Positions 6,700 to 16,086 of a stretch of DNA of 20,193 nt are shown here, piece after piece. The DNA lies in contig JAYENL010000291.1 in NCBI GenBank assembly GCA_034722055.1, forward strand, positions 1 to 20,193, given 5' to 3'. Position 1 is the stretch's first letter, and each line of letters starts with the position of its first letter. Position numbers and translations under genes: made by a program. The notes under the pieces were generated by a model, which saw nothing but the letters and a program-made list of their open reading frames with translations, had not been told where the DNA came from and made no database searches. The stretch comes from Armatimonadota bacterium. GTDB taxonomy: Bacteria; Armatimonadota; Zipacnadia; Zipacnadales; UBA5352.

Positions 6700-8658
6700 A
6701 TGACGACGACGAGCCGGGTCCGCGGACTTATCATCGTGTACGCCCTCCTGGCAGGCCTGCTGGCGTGCTGCTGCGTCGCCTCCGCACAGGATCTCGACGA
6801 GGACTTCACCGAGGCCGTCAGGCTCTTCCAGGAACGCTCCTACCGCCCCGCCATCAGCAAGCTGGAGCAGGTGACCACGGCCGACCCCGAGAACGAGGCT
6901 GCCTGGTACTACCTGGGGGTGGCGCGATACCGCGTCGGGGAGATGGAGGACGCCCTGCAGGCCCTCCGCCGCGTCAATGAGATCCGCCCCGGCCGTCCCG
7001 GGACCTCCTACCACATCGGCCTCATCTACGAGGAGCTGGGGGCCTACGACGAGGCCATCAGGGCGCTGCAGACGGAGCTGCGCAACCGCCAGTTCAAGAA
7101 CCTGGCCGAGGTGTTCACCGCGCTGGGGCGCGTCTACTACTGGGCGGGTCGCTTCCAGGACGCCATGGAGGCGCTTACCGAGGCCCTGGAGCACAACGAG
7201 AAGTACGTGGAGCCCCTCTACTACCGGGGCCTGACGCACTACCAGCGCAAGAGCTACGATGAGGCCCTCGAGGACTTCGACGAGGCGGTGGAGCTGGTCA
7301 CGGAGTGGGACCGGCTGCGGCGGCGCCTCGATCGGCTCATCGAGCGGGAGGGCCAGGGGACCCTCCCGGTGGAGGCTCGGCGCAGCAAGCAGCAGATCCA
7401 GGAGGACCTCGCCCAGGATTACGCCCGGGCTCAGGAGTTCGCCCAGGAGCTGACCCTGCGCCCGGCTCTGTATCTGGCCTACGGGGACGCCGCCGACGCG
7501 GCCGGGGAGTACGGGCGGGCGCGCAACACCTACCGCATGGCGCTGGACCCCGACAAGGGCGGCAATGAGGCCGACCCGCTCCCCCACACCAAGATCGGCC
7601 AGGCCTATTTCCACCAGGCCACGGACACCTTCTACAACGACGGGCTGCTTTTCAAGGCTATCGCCACCGCCGATGAGGCCATCCGCAACGTCCAGGAGGC
7701 CCTGAGGATCAACGCCGAGTTCGCGCCCGCGCACAAGACCATCGGCGATATCTTCTACTTCCAGGCCGACACCTACGTCTCCGACCCCGAGCGCGATATC
7801 ATCTCTCACTCCTTTGAGGACGCACTGGGGGCCTACGACGCCGCCATCGAGGCCGATCCGGAGTACGTGGAGGCCTACGTGGGCCACGCCCAGGCTTACC
7901 TGGCCATGGGCCAGGCCGAGGAGGCCCTCGACGACCTGCGCACCGCCCTGGAGATGGCCCCGCGCAAGGCCAACATCTACGCCGCCATGGCCGAGGCCCA
8001 CATGCTCAATGAGGACTACAGGCAGGCCATCACCGCCGCCCAGACCGCCCTGATCCTGGACCCTGAGAACGCCCAGGCCCACAACGCGGCCGGGCTGGCC
8101 CACTACTTCCTCGGCGAGCTGGGAGCCGCCAGCGAGTACTTCTCCAACGCCATCGAGGCCGATCCCACCGCCCACCAGTCCTACACCAACCTGGGGAACG
8201 CCTTCTTCCAGATGGGCTCGTGGCACCGCGCCCGGGCGCAGTACGAGGAGGCGCTGGAGCGCATCCCCAAGCCCGCCGTCGCCAACACGGCCATCCAGCG
8301 CAGCTATCTCTACTACCTGATCGCACGCACCTATCACCACTCCGGGCTCTACGAGCGGGAGGTGGAGACGCTCAACAAGGCTCTGGGCCTCGACGCGGCC
8401 TACCTGGAGGCCCTCACCCAGCTCGCCTCCGCCTACACGGAGCTGGGGAAGTATCAGGCGGCCAAGCAGGTCCTGGACACGGCCCTGTCGGTGTCGCCGG
8501 GCCCGGAGGAGGACGCGCAGATATACGTGCAGATGGGCAGGCTCTACGAGAGAGAGGGCCGGCCGTATGAGGCTATCACCTCCTACGGCGCGGCCCTGGC
8601 CGCCCAGAGCGACAACATTGAGGCCAGGGAGGCCCTGAAGCGACTGTCCTCCGGCTGA
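6700..8658 (+). CDS. Exported multi-TPR protein (652 aa)
   Basis: Signal peptide (GLIIVYALLAGLLACCCVASA-QD); many TPR units (AWYYLGVARYRVG, SYHIGLIYEELG, AHNAAGLAHYFLG, SYTNLGNAFFQMG, IYVQMGRLYEREG); AAGGGAG RBS before ATG 6700. Confidence 0.9.
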   Translation: MTTTSRVRGLIIVYALLAGLLACCCVASAQDLDEDFTEAVRLFQERSYRPAISKLEQVTTADPENEAAWYYLGVARYRVGEMEDALQALRRVNEIRPGRPGTSYHIGLIYEELGAYDEAIRALQTELRNRQFKNLAEVFTALGRVYYWAGRFQDAMEALTEALEHNEKYVEPLYYRGLTHYQRKSYDEALEDFDEAVELVTEWDRLRRRLDRLIEREGQGTLPVEARRSKQQIQEDLAQDYARAQEFAQELTLRPALYLAYGDAADAAGEYGRARNTYRMALDPDKGGNEADPLPHTKIGQAYFHQATDTFYNDGLLFKAIATADEAIRNVQEALRINAEFAPAHKTIGDIFYFQADTYVSDPERDIISHSFEDALGAYDAAIEADPEYVEAYVGHAQAYLAMGQAEEALDDLRTALEMAPRKANIYAAMAEAHMLNEDYRQAITAAQTALILDPENAQAHNAAGLAHYFLGELGAASEYFSNAIEADPTAHQSYTNLGNAFFQMGSWHRARAQYEEALERIPKPAVANTAIQRSYLYYLIARTYHHSGLYEREVETLNKALGLDAAYLEALTQLASAYTELGKYQAAKQVLDTALSVSPGPEEDAQIYVQMGRLYEREGRPYEAITSYGAALAAQSDNIEAREALKRLSSG

Positions 8659-9965
8659 TGCCGCGCAGCGCAGGGCGACGGATCATGGCGGCCGCCGCCC
8701 TGGTGGCGGTGGCATCCTGGGGTGCGGCGGCTCAGCCGCCCGCGGCACACAAGTCACACCTGCCCAACGGCCTGCGCCTCATCGTCCAGGCCAATGAGCA
8801 CACGGCCACCGTCGTCCTCAGCGGCTTTGTGCGAGTGACGGCGCTGCACGAGCTGCGGGCGACCACAGGGATGCGGCAGCTCACACAGATGCTGATCGCC
8901 CGCGGCGATGGCTTCGGGGAGCTGATGGGCGAGGCAGCGGTGCACGCCGACGTCTCGGTGGCGCCGGACTACGTGGAGCTGGTGTTGGCCGCGCCCGCGC
9001 AGTCCCTCGCCGACTGCGCGCACCTGATGCGAGGCATGCTGTTCGATCCGGAGCTGACCGGGCAGGCCCTGGAGCTGACCCGGGCCCAGCTCATCCGGCA
9101 GCTCGCCGCGCGCGAAGAGGTTCCGGTCAGCCTGGCGCTCGACCGGCTCCTGGCCCGGGTCTACCCGGGGGTCGGGGCGGGCGACTTCACCGCGGCCGAC
9201 GTGGCGGAGGTGGCGGCGATCGGGCTGGAGGACGTCAGGCGCTTTCACGCCGCCCACTACCTGCCCAACGCCACGGTCATTACTGTCAGCGGCGGGGTGG
9301 ACGAGGCGTCGGCCACGAGGATCGTTCGGCGCGCCATGCAGGGCCTGCTGCCCGGGGCCATGCCCGAGGAGGCGCCCACGCCTCTGGCGGTGGCTCCTCC
9401 GGACACGGAGAATCGATCCATCGCGGGTTCAACGAGCGTCTACGCGGTGGGAGCTCGTGCCGTCGCGCTGGACTCGCCGCAGTATCCGGCGGCGGCGGTG
9501 GGGATGTCGATGCTCGGCTCCGGCATGGACAGTCGGCTCTACCGGGCGTTGCGCGTGGATCGTGCCCTGGCGTACACTATCGGGGCCGAGATGACGCCCT
9601 CGGCCGCGGTGCCGTCGGCGTTCGTGGTAGTCACCTGCGACCCGGACGGCCTCGGCGAGGTCGAGCGGGTGGTTGACGCCGAGATCGAGCGCACCATGGG
9701 CGAGCCGGCCGGCGTCGAGGAGCTGCGGCGGGCCAAGCGCTACCTGATCGGCCGCCAGGCCCTGCGGCGGCAGCGCAACCGGGAGATCGCACACTGGCTG
9801 GGCGTCTTCGAGCTGCTCGGCGGCCCGCAGGGCTATCGCCGGGACGCGCAGCTCGCCGGCGACATCGCCGCCGTGGATGCCGGCTCGGTGGCCGATGCCA
9901 TGCGCGACGTCTTTGAGACGAGTTGGGCTGTGCGCCTTGACGCGTCCGACGCCGCGGCCCGCTGA
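8658..9965 (+). CDS. Exported M16 (pitrilysin/insulinase) family protein, probably non-catalytic
   Basis: LPNGLRLIV, DVRRFHAAHYLPNATVITVSG, SRLYRALRVDRALAY and EELRRAKRYL are M16B hallmarks. The HxxEH position reads GMRQLTQM. TGATG overlap with the TPR gene; signal peptide. Confidence 0.87.
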   Translation: MPRSAGRRIMAAAALVAVASWGAAAQPPAAHKSHLPNGLRLIVQANEHTATVVLSGFVRVTALHELRATTGMRQLTQMLIARGDGFGELMGEAAVHADVSVAPDYVELVLAAPAQSLADCAHLMRGMLFDPELTGQALELTRAQLIRQLAAREEVPVSLALDRLLARVYPGVGAGDFTAADVAEVAAIGLEDVRRFHAAHYLPNATVITVSGGVDEASATRIVRRAMQGLLPGAMPEEAPTPLAVAPPDTENRSIAGSTSVYAVGARAVALDSPQYPAAAVGMSMLGSGMDSRLYRALRVDRALAYTIGAEMTPSAAVPSAFVVVTCDPDGLGEVERVVDAEIERTMGEPAGVEELRRAKRYLIGRQALRRQRNREIAHWLGVFELLGGPQGYRRDAQLAGDIAAVDAGSVADAMRDVFETSWAVRLDASDAAAR

Positions 9966-9998
9966 AGCGGCGTATCTGTGCACGATGGAGGGACCGCT

Positions 9999-11876
9999 AT
10001 GCGACGTGCTACTGTCATTGTCATCCTGATGCTGCTGGCGGCGTCGAGCTGGGCACAGGACGCCACCTGGCTCGTGCGCTACGACGAGCAGAGCACGGGC
10101 GTTTCGCCGGAGTCCCTCGAGCTGCCCGTCAGCCTGGCGTGGAAGCACACCACGGGCGACGAGGAGGCCACCCCCGTGGCCACGCCCGCCGTCGGCCCCG
10201 ATATGGTCTACGCTCCCGTGGGGCACTCCATCTACGCCATCGACCGCCGCACCGGCGCCCTGGCGTGGGAGCGCTCCACCGGCGACGACATCTACTCCAG
10301 CCCCGCGCTCGTCGAGGGCGTTCTCTACTTCGGCTCCCGCGACGGCAACCTCTGGGCCGTGGATGCCGAGGACGGCTCCGTGGAGTGGCGCTACCCCACA
10401 GGCGGCGCGGTGGACTGTCCTCCGGTCGTGGCCTACGGCATCTGCTACTTCGGCTCAGACGACAACCGCCTGGTGGCCCTGGAGCTGGAGAGCCGCCAGC
10501 CCATCTGGCAGTTCGAGACCGGGGGCGACATCAAGGCCCCCCCGCTGGTCTACCGCGACGTGGTGATCGTGGGCTCTCTCGACAAGCAGATCTACGCCCT
10601 CAACGCTCAGGGCCGACCTATCTGGTCGAATCCCGTGGAGCGGAAGGCCTTCTTCGCCTCACCCGTCGGCGAGCGCACCAAGGTCATCTACGCCTCCGGC
10701 CGGGAGCTGGTGGCCCGCGACATCTACTCCGGCCGCCTCATCTGGCCCAGGCCCTTCCGGGCCGCCGACCTCATCGTCGGCTCCCCCTGCGTACAGGGAC
10801 GTCGCATCTACGTGGGGACCCAGGGCGGCGCCGTCTACGCCATCGACGCCAACTCCGGACGCGCCATCTGGCGGTGGCCCCGGGAGGGCTCCCTGGATCC
10901 CGTCAGCAGCTCGCCCGTGATCGTCGGCGACATGATGGTGTTCAGGGCCGGAACGCGCGACCTCATCGCCGTCAGCCTCGACGGAAGTAGGATGCTCTGG
11001 AAGTACGTCCTTCCCGAGCCGCCCGAGAAGGAGAAGGAGATGCCCACCCGCGCCGGCGGCGAGGGCGCCATGGGCCCGGTCATCCCCGGTGAGGGTGAGG
11101 GCATGATGCCCGGGGAGGTCCCCGGGGGAGCCGGTCCCGGCGGCGCAGGGCCCGGCGCTGGTGCTGCAGGTATTGAGATGCCCGGCGGGGAGGGTGAGCG
11201 CATCGGGCGCGGCGCCCGCGAGCAGGAGCGGGAGATCACCTTCGAGAACGAGGTCGATCCCGCCGTGGCCGTGGTCGGCAACGCCCTCTTCACCATCGGC
11301 GACGACAACGTGGTCTACGGCTTCGAGACCCTGGCCCCGGACAATATCCCGCCCACTATCGCCGAGCCTGTGCTGGAGGTCCCGGGGGCCAAGCGCGCCC
11401 GGGTGCAGTTCGAGCCGTCGCTGGCCGACGAGGACGACTTCCCCGACCGCTACGCCGATGAGATCGAGATCCCCGGCACCCCGCCCATCTACCTGTCGCT
11501 GAGGCTCACTGACGAGGGCACCGGGGTCGATCCCGACAGCGTCGCGGTCACCATCGACGGCGAGGAGGCCGACTTCACCTACGATGCCACCGAGGGCCTG
11601 GTTTGGTACATCTACGCCCCCAGAGGAGCGGCCGCCAACCTCCCCAACGGCGTCAAGACCATCCGCTTCGAGGCCACAGACTGGCGGGGCAACGCCACCA
11701 TGCGGATCGTCTCCCTCACCATCAACAACCGCCTCAATCCTCCGGAGCCGCCGCGCCGCGAGCGCCAGGTCCCGGGCGGGATGGGCCCCGGGATGCCCGG
11801 TGAGATGGGCCCCGGCATGCCCGGCGAGATGTTCCCCGGCATGCCGCCGGGGGCGGAGGAGCCGCCCATGCCCTAG
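9999..11876 (+). CDS. Exported PQQ-type beta-propeller (BamB-like) protein with Gly/Pro-rich insert, Ig-like domain and GPGMP tail
   Basis: Signal peptide ending SWA-Q; repeated blades (YAIDRRTGALAW, SSPALVEGVLYFGSRDGNLWAVDAEDGSVEW, VYAIDANSGRAIW); C-terminal DNIPPTI...LTDEGTGVDPDSV...ATDWRGN Ig-like segment; GGAGGG RBS before ATG 9999. Confidence 0.87.
   Translation: MRRATVIVILMLLAASSWAQDATWLVRYDEQSTGVSPESLELPVSLAWKHTTGDEEATPVATPAVGPDMVYAPVGHSIYAIDRRTGALAWERSTGDDIYSSPALVEGVLYFGSRDGNLWAVDAEDGSVEWRYPTGGAVDCPPVVAYGICYFGSDDNRLVALELESRQPIWQFETGGDIKAPPLVYRDVVIVGSLDKQIYALNAQGRPIWSNPVERKAFFASPVGERTKVIYASGRELVARDIYSGRLIWPRPFRAADLIVGSPCVQGRRIYVGTQGGAVYAIDANSGRAIWRWPREGSLDPVSSSPVIVGDMMVFRAGTRDLIAVSLDGSRMLWKYVLPEPPEKEKEMPTRAGGEGAMGPVIPGEGEGMMPGEVPGGAGPGGAGPGAGAAGIEMPGGEGERIGRGAREQEREITFENEVDPAVAVVGNALFTIGDDNVVYGFETLAPDNIPPTIAEPVLEVPGAKRARVQFEPSLADEDDFPDRYADEIEIPGTPPIYLSLRLTDEGTGVDPDSVAVTIDGEEADFTYDATEGLVWYIYAPRGAAANLPNGVKTIRFEATDWRGNATMRIVSLTINNRLNPPEPPRRERQVPGGMGPGMPGEMGPGMPGEMFPGMPPGAEEPPMP
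11781..11852 (+). repeat. In-frame 24-bp tandem repeat x3 (MGPGMPGE / MGPGMPGE / MFPGMPPG)
   Basis: ATGGGCCCCGGGATGCCCGGTGAG, ATGGGCCCCGGCATGCCCGGCGAG, ATGTTCCCCGGCATGCCGCCGGGG. Confidence 0.85.
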
Positions 11877-11917
11877 CCGCAGCCGTGCCGCCATCCAGTC
11901 CGGCAGGAGGTCACAGC

Positions 11918-12319
11918 ATGGCTCAGGCCGTCTTCACAGTGCTGGCGCTGATCATATTCATCGGTTACGCCGTCCTGTTCGCCCTGTGGAATCCCACCAT
12001 GGTCAAGGTTGTCGGCTTCTACTGGCGCGGCGAGCAGTACCTGGAGATGCCGGTGTGGATGTTGCCCTTGATCGGACTGGCCATCGGCGCCATCGTCATG
12101 GCCATCGCCATGTGGTCGCCCTGGACCTCCCTCAAGCGCGCCCTGCAGGCCACCCGCGAGCAGCTCGACATGGAGCGGGAGCGGGGCAAGGAACGCGCCG
12201 CCAAGCTCAAGGCCCTCCGCGAGCGCGCCATCAAGCTGGAGGCCAGGCTGGAGCGGAAGCCGGAGCGGCGACTGGCGGAGGAGGGGGTCACAGCCGAGGG
12301 CGCCGACGAGGGCGTCTGA
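11918..12319 (+). CDS. LapA-domain (DUF1049) membrane protein (133 aa)
   Basis: TM helix ending FALWNPTMVKV, then EMPVWMLPLIGLAIGAIV second TM, then a charged coiled coil, the LapA/YciS layout; AGGAGG RBS at 11905-11910. Confidence 0.75.
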   Translation: MAQAVFTVLALIIFIGYAVLFALWNPTMVKVVGFYWRGEQYLEMPVWMLPLIGLAIGAIVMAIAMWSPWTSLKRALQATREQLDMERERGKERAAKLKALRERAIKLEARLERKPERRLAEEGVTAEGADEGV

Positions 12320-12348
12320 GGCACCCGCGTACACTCTCGCGCCGAATC

Positions 12349-12383
12349 GCCAAGGGGCCCTCGCGGCCTCTTGGCCGCTTTTT
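12349..12383 (+). terminator. Intrinsic (Rho-independent) terminator
   Basis: 11-bp stem GCCAAGGGGCC / GGCCTCTTGGC (one G-U pair), 5-nt loop, followed by CGCTTTTT. Confidence 0.75.
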
Positions 12384-12426
12384 CATCCGGAGGGTCTGCA
12401 CCCCGAGCCCCTCGGGGGGATGAACT

Positions 12427-13539
12427 ATGCCCGACGAGGACACGTCACAACATGAGGCCTGGCTGCTGCTGAGCCTCAGCGGTCTGACGCCGCGGCGGCA
12501 GCGGGACCTGCTCGAGCACCTCGGCCCCCCCGACGCCATCCTGGGCGCCGACAACAAGCGCCTGCAGGCCGTGGAGGGCATCACCGCCGCACACGTGCGC
12601 AAGATCCGAGAGGCTCAGGCCGAGATCGACCTCGCCCGCATCAGGCAGACCCTTGACGAGCTGCACGTGCATCTTGTACCCATAACCGACGAGCGCTACC
12701 CCAAGCTGCTGCGGGAGACCGACGATCCGTCGGCGCTGCTGTATGTCCGCGGGGAGCTGACCTCCCGCGACGAGCTGGCCGTGGCCATGGTGGGCACCCG
12801 CAGGTGCAGCCCCTACGGGGAGCAGGTCGCCGGGCGGCTGGCCGGGGAGCTGGCCCGGCGCGGCTTCACCATCGTCAGCGGCCTGGCGGTGGGCATCGAC
12901 GCCCACGCCCACCGGGGCGCGCTGGAGGCCGGTGGTCGGACCATCGGCGTGCTGGCGTGCGGGATCGACGTCAACTACCCGTCCGCGCATGCCGAGCTGC
13001 GCGACGAGATGACCGCCTCCGGCGCCGTCATCACGGAGCTGGCGCCGGGCACACCGCCGACGCGCGACCGCTTCCCGCAGCGCAATCGGATACTCAGCGG
13101 CCTGTCCCTGGGCACCGTGGTCGTGGAGGCGCCGGCCAAGAGCGGCGCCCTCATCACCGCCCGGCTGGCCGCTGAGCAGGGCCGAGAGGTCTTCGCCGTC
13201 CCGGGGAACGTCACCAGCCCCGTCAGCCGCGGCTGCCACGATCTGCTGCGGGAGGGCGCCTGCCTGGTGGAGACCGCCGAGGACGTGGTGGAGGGCCTGG
13301 GCATCATGCTCGAGGCCGTCCCCGAGCGGGAGCCGGCCGCCGAGCGCGAGCGCAAGCTCGACGAGCTGCCGGCCGACCAGCGGCAGGTCCTGGAGGCGCT
13401 GAGCCACCAGCCCCGCAATATCGACGACGTGACCGCCGAGTGCGACCTGCCCGCATCACAGGTCTCCTCGGCGCTGATGTTGCTGGAGGTCAAGGGCCTG
13501 GTGAAGCGCTTCCCCGGCAATCAGTTCGTGCGGACCTGA
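12427..13539 (+). CDS. dprA: DNA-processing protein DprA (Smf)
   Basis: VAMVGTRRCSPYG, IVSGLAVGIDAHAHRGAL, FPQRNRILSGLS, VVVEAPAKSGALITA, GREVFAVPG; C-terminal winged helix; upstream of topA as is common. Confidence 0.97.
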   Translation: MPDEDTSQHEAWLLLSLSGLTPRRQRDLLEHLGPPDAILGADNKRLQAVEGITAAHVRKIREAQAEIDLARIRQTLDELHVHLVPITDERYPKLLRETDDPSALLYVRGELTSRDELAVAMVGTRRCSPYGEQVAGRLAGELARRGFTIVSGLAVGIDAHAHRGALEAGGRTIGVLACGIDVNYPSAHAELRDEMTASGAVITELAPGTPPTRDRFPQRNRILSGLSLGTVVVEAPAKSGALITARLAAEQGREVFAVPGNVTSPVSRGCHDLLREGACLVETAEDVVEGLGIMLEAVPEREPAAERERKLDELPADQRQVLEALSHQPRNIDDVTAECDLPASQVSSALMLLEVKGLVKRFPGNQFVRT

Positions 13540-13587
13540 CAGCCACGCGCGGCGCCTGCCGACGCCGCCGATCGCAGGGATGATACC

Positions 13588-16086
13588 GTGCCGAAGAAAG
13601 CAATCATCGTCGAGTCGCCAACCAAGACCCGGACCCTGTCGGGCTTCCTCGCCGGGGACTACGAGCTGCTGGCCTCCATGGGCCACGTTCGCGACCTGCC
13701 TGAGGACGAGATGGCCGTGGACGTGCAGGGCAGCTTCGAGCCCAAGTATGTCGTCCCCTCATCTGCCCGAAAGACCATCGGGAAGCTCCGCAAGGCCCTC
13801 AAGAACGCCGATGAGATCTACCTGGCCACCGACCCCGACCGGGAGGGCGAGGCCATCGCCTGGCACCTGGTGGACGAGCTGGAGCTGTCCCACGCCCGCC
13901 GGATCCAGTTCAACGAGATCACCCGCGAGGCCGTCCTGGAGGCCCTGGAGCACCCCGGTGAGATCGACATGGACCGCGTGGAGGCCCAGCAGGCCCGCCG
14001 CATCCTCGACCGCCTGGTGGGCTACTCCCTCAGCCCGGTGCTCTGGAAGAAGATCGGCGGGCCCTCCGAGGCGGGCCTGTCCGCCGGCCGGGTGCAGTCC
14101 GTGGCCCTGCGGCTGATCACCGACCGCGAGCGCGAGCGCGCGGCCTTCGAGCCCGAGGAGTACTGGTCGATCAGCGCGCTGCTGCAGCCCGAGGGCGGCG
14201 AGCAGTTCGAGGCCGAGCTCAAGACCATCGACGGCGAGGAGATCGACCTCTCCTCCGAGGACCAGGTCACGCCCATCGTGGCGGAGATGCAGGGGGCCGC
14301 CTACCGGGTCGCACAGATCGAGCGCAAGAAGCAGAGGCGCAACCCCAGGCCCCCCTTCATCACCTCCACACTCCAGCGCGCCGCCTCCAACCGCCTGCGG
14401 TTCTCGGCCCGCAAGACCATGAGGATCGCCCAGCAGCTCTACGAGGGCGTGGAGACGGCCGAGGGCAGCCACGGCCTCATCACCTACATGCGCACCGACT
14501 CCACGAACGTGGCGGCCAGCGCCCGCAAGCAGGCCGCGGCGTTCATCGAGGAGCGCTGGAGTAAGAAGTACCTCGGCAAGGGCGTCCGCGGGGAGAAGGT
14601 CAAGGGGGCCCAGGAGGCCCACGAGGCCATCCGGCCCACCTCCGTCACCCGCACCCCCGAGAGCCTCAGGAGCGTGCTCAGCAAGGACCAGCTCGCCCTC
14701 TACGAGCTCATCTGGCGGCGCTTCGTGGCCTCGCAGATGGCGCCGGCCATCGTGGATCAGACCGGCGTGGACATTGAGGCCGGCCGCTTCATGCTCCGCG
14801 CCACCGGCCAGGTGGTCATCTTCCCCGGCTGGTACGCGGTGGCGGGCCGCGACGATGATGACAAGAGCCTCCCCGAGCTCCAGGAGGGGCAGGCGCTGGA
14901 GCTGCTGGAGCTGGATCCCCAGCAGCACTTCACGCAGCCCCCGCCCCGCTACACCGAGGCCTCGCTGGTCCGCGAGCTGGAGGACAACGGCGTGGGCCGG
15001 CCCAGCACCTACGCCGAGATCATCGACACCCTCCGCCGCCGCCGGTATGTGCGCATGGAGCGCCGGCAGTTCGCGCCCACCCCCCTGGGTCTGGCCGTCT
15101 CCGACTACCTGGTGGAGAACTTCCCGGAGATCATGGACATCGAGTTCACCGCCAGCGTGGAGGAGGACCTGGACACCGTCGAGCGCGGCGAGCGCGACTG
15201 GCGTGAGGTGCTGCGGGACTTCTACGGGCCCTTCGAGCAGGAGGTGGCGCGGGCCGAGAGCGCCCCGCCCCGGGAGCTGGAGGGGGAGAGGTGTCCCGAG
15301 TGCGGCGGCCGGCTGCTGATCCGCTACTCCCGCCACGGCAAGTTCGCCGGCTGCGAGAACTACCCCGATTGCGACTACACCCGGGACCTCACAGTCCTGG
15401 AGCGCCCGCCGGTGGAGGAGACCGAGTACGAGTGCCCGGAGTGCGGCAGCCCGCTGGTGATCCGCACCGGCCGGCGCGGCCGCTTCTTCGCCTGCAGCGC
15501 CTTCCCCGAGTGCGAGTACACCGCCGACGTGGGCCCCGACGGCGCGCCGCAGGAGCGCTCCAGGCCCATGCCCACCACTGAGGAGTGCCCCGAGTGCGGC
15601 GGGACGCTCATCCTCCGCGAGGGTCGGCGGGGGAAGTTCCTGGGCTGCTCGAACTTCCCCAAGTGCCGCTACACCCGGGACTACAAGGGGGAGGAGCTTG
15701 CCGGCGAGGCCGCCGAGGCCGGTGGCGAGGCTGCACCGGCCGAGGTCCAGGAGGAGCCCGGGGACGACGAGGCCGACAGCGATCGCGTGCCAGTGGTCTG
15801 CGACGAGTGTGGGGCGCCCATGGTGGTGCGCAGGGGCCGCCGCGGCAGGTTCCTGGGATGCAGCAACTACCCCAGGTGTAAGGCCACCAAGCCCATCCGC
15901 GCCGCCATCGACGCCGGCTGGACGCCGCCCGAGGCTCAGATCCTCGACGAGAAGTGCCCGGAGTGCGGCAAGCCGCTGGCGATCCGCGAGGGGCGGCGGG
16001 GCAAGTTCATCGGCTGCACCGGCTACCCCGGCTGCCGCTACACCCGCGACCTCAGCGGCGAGGAAGAGGGCGGCGACGCTGACTGA
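13588..16086 (+). CDS. topA: DNA topoisomerase I (type IA) with five C-terminal C4 zinc ribbons
   Basis: TOPRIM IIVESPTK, LATDPDREGEAI, SAGRVQS, catalytic LITYMRTDS, AQEAHEAIRPT, GVGRPSTYA; GTG start after AGGGA. Confidence 0.98.
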   Translation: MPKKAIIVESPTKTRTLSGFLAGDYELLASMGHVRDLPEDEMAVDVQGSFEPKYVVPSSARKTIGKLRKALKNADEIYLATDPDREGEAIAWHLVDELELSHARRIQFNEITREAVLEALEHPGEIDMDRVEAQQARRILDRLVGYSLSPVLWKKIGGPSEAGLSAGRVQSVALRLITDRERERAAFEPEEYWSISALLQPEGGEQFEAELKTIDGEEIDLSSEDQVTPIVAEMQGAAYRVAQIERKKQRRNPRPPFITSTLQRAASNRLRFSARKTMRIAQQLYEGVETAEGSHGLITYMRTDSTNVAASARKQAAAFIEERWSKKYLGKGVRGEKVKGAQEAHEAIRPTSVTRTPESLRSVLSKDQLALYELIWRRFVASQMAPAIVDQTGVDIEAGRFMLRATGQVVIFPGWYAVAGRDDDDKSLPELQEGQALELLELDPQQHFTQPPPRYTEASLVRELEDNGVGRPSTYAEIIDTLRRRRYVRMERRQFAPTPLGLAVSDYLVENFPEIMDIEFTASVEEDLDTVERGERDWREVLRDFYGPFEQEVARAESAPPRELEGERCPECGGRLLIRYSRHGKFAGCENYPDCDYTRDLTVLERPPVEETEYECPECGSPLVIRTGRRGRFFACSAFPECEYTADVGPDGAPQERSRPMPTTEECPECGGTLILREGRRGKFLGCSNFPKCRYTRDYKGEELAGEAAEAGGEAAPAEVQEEPGDDEADSDRVPVVCDECGAPMVVRRGRRGRFLGCSNYPRCKATKPIRAAIDAGWTPPEAQILDEKCPECGKPLAIREGRRGKFIGCTGYPGCRYTRDLSGEEEGGDAD

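Noticed and set aside
15698..16078. N-terminal 127 aa of the 920-aa ORF overlapping topA
   Set aside because: Ala/Arg/Pro/Ser-rich off-frame read of the topA 3' end; the membrane-protein sequence begins only after ~16079.
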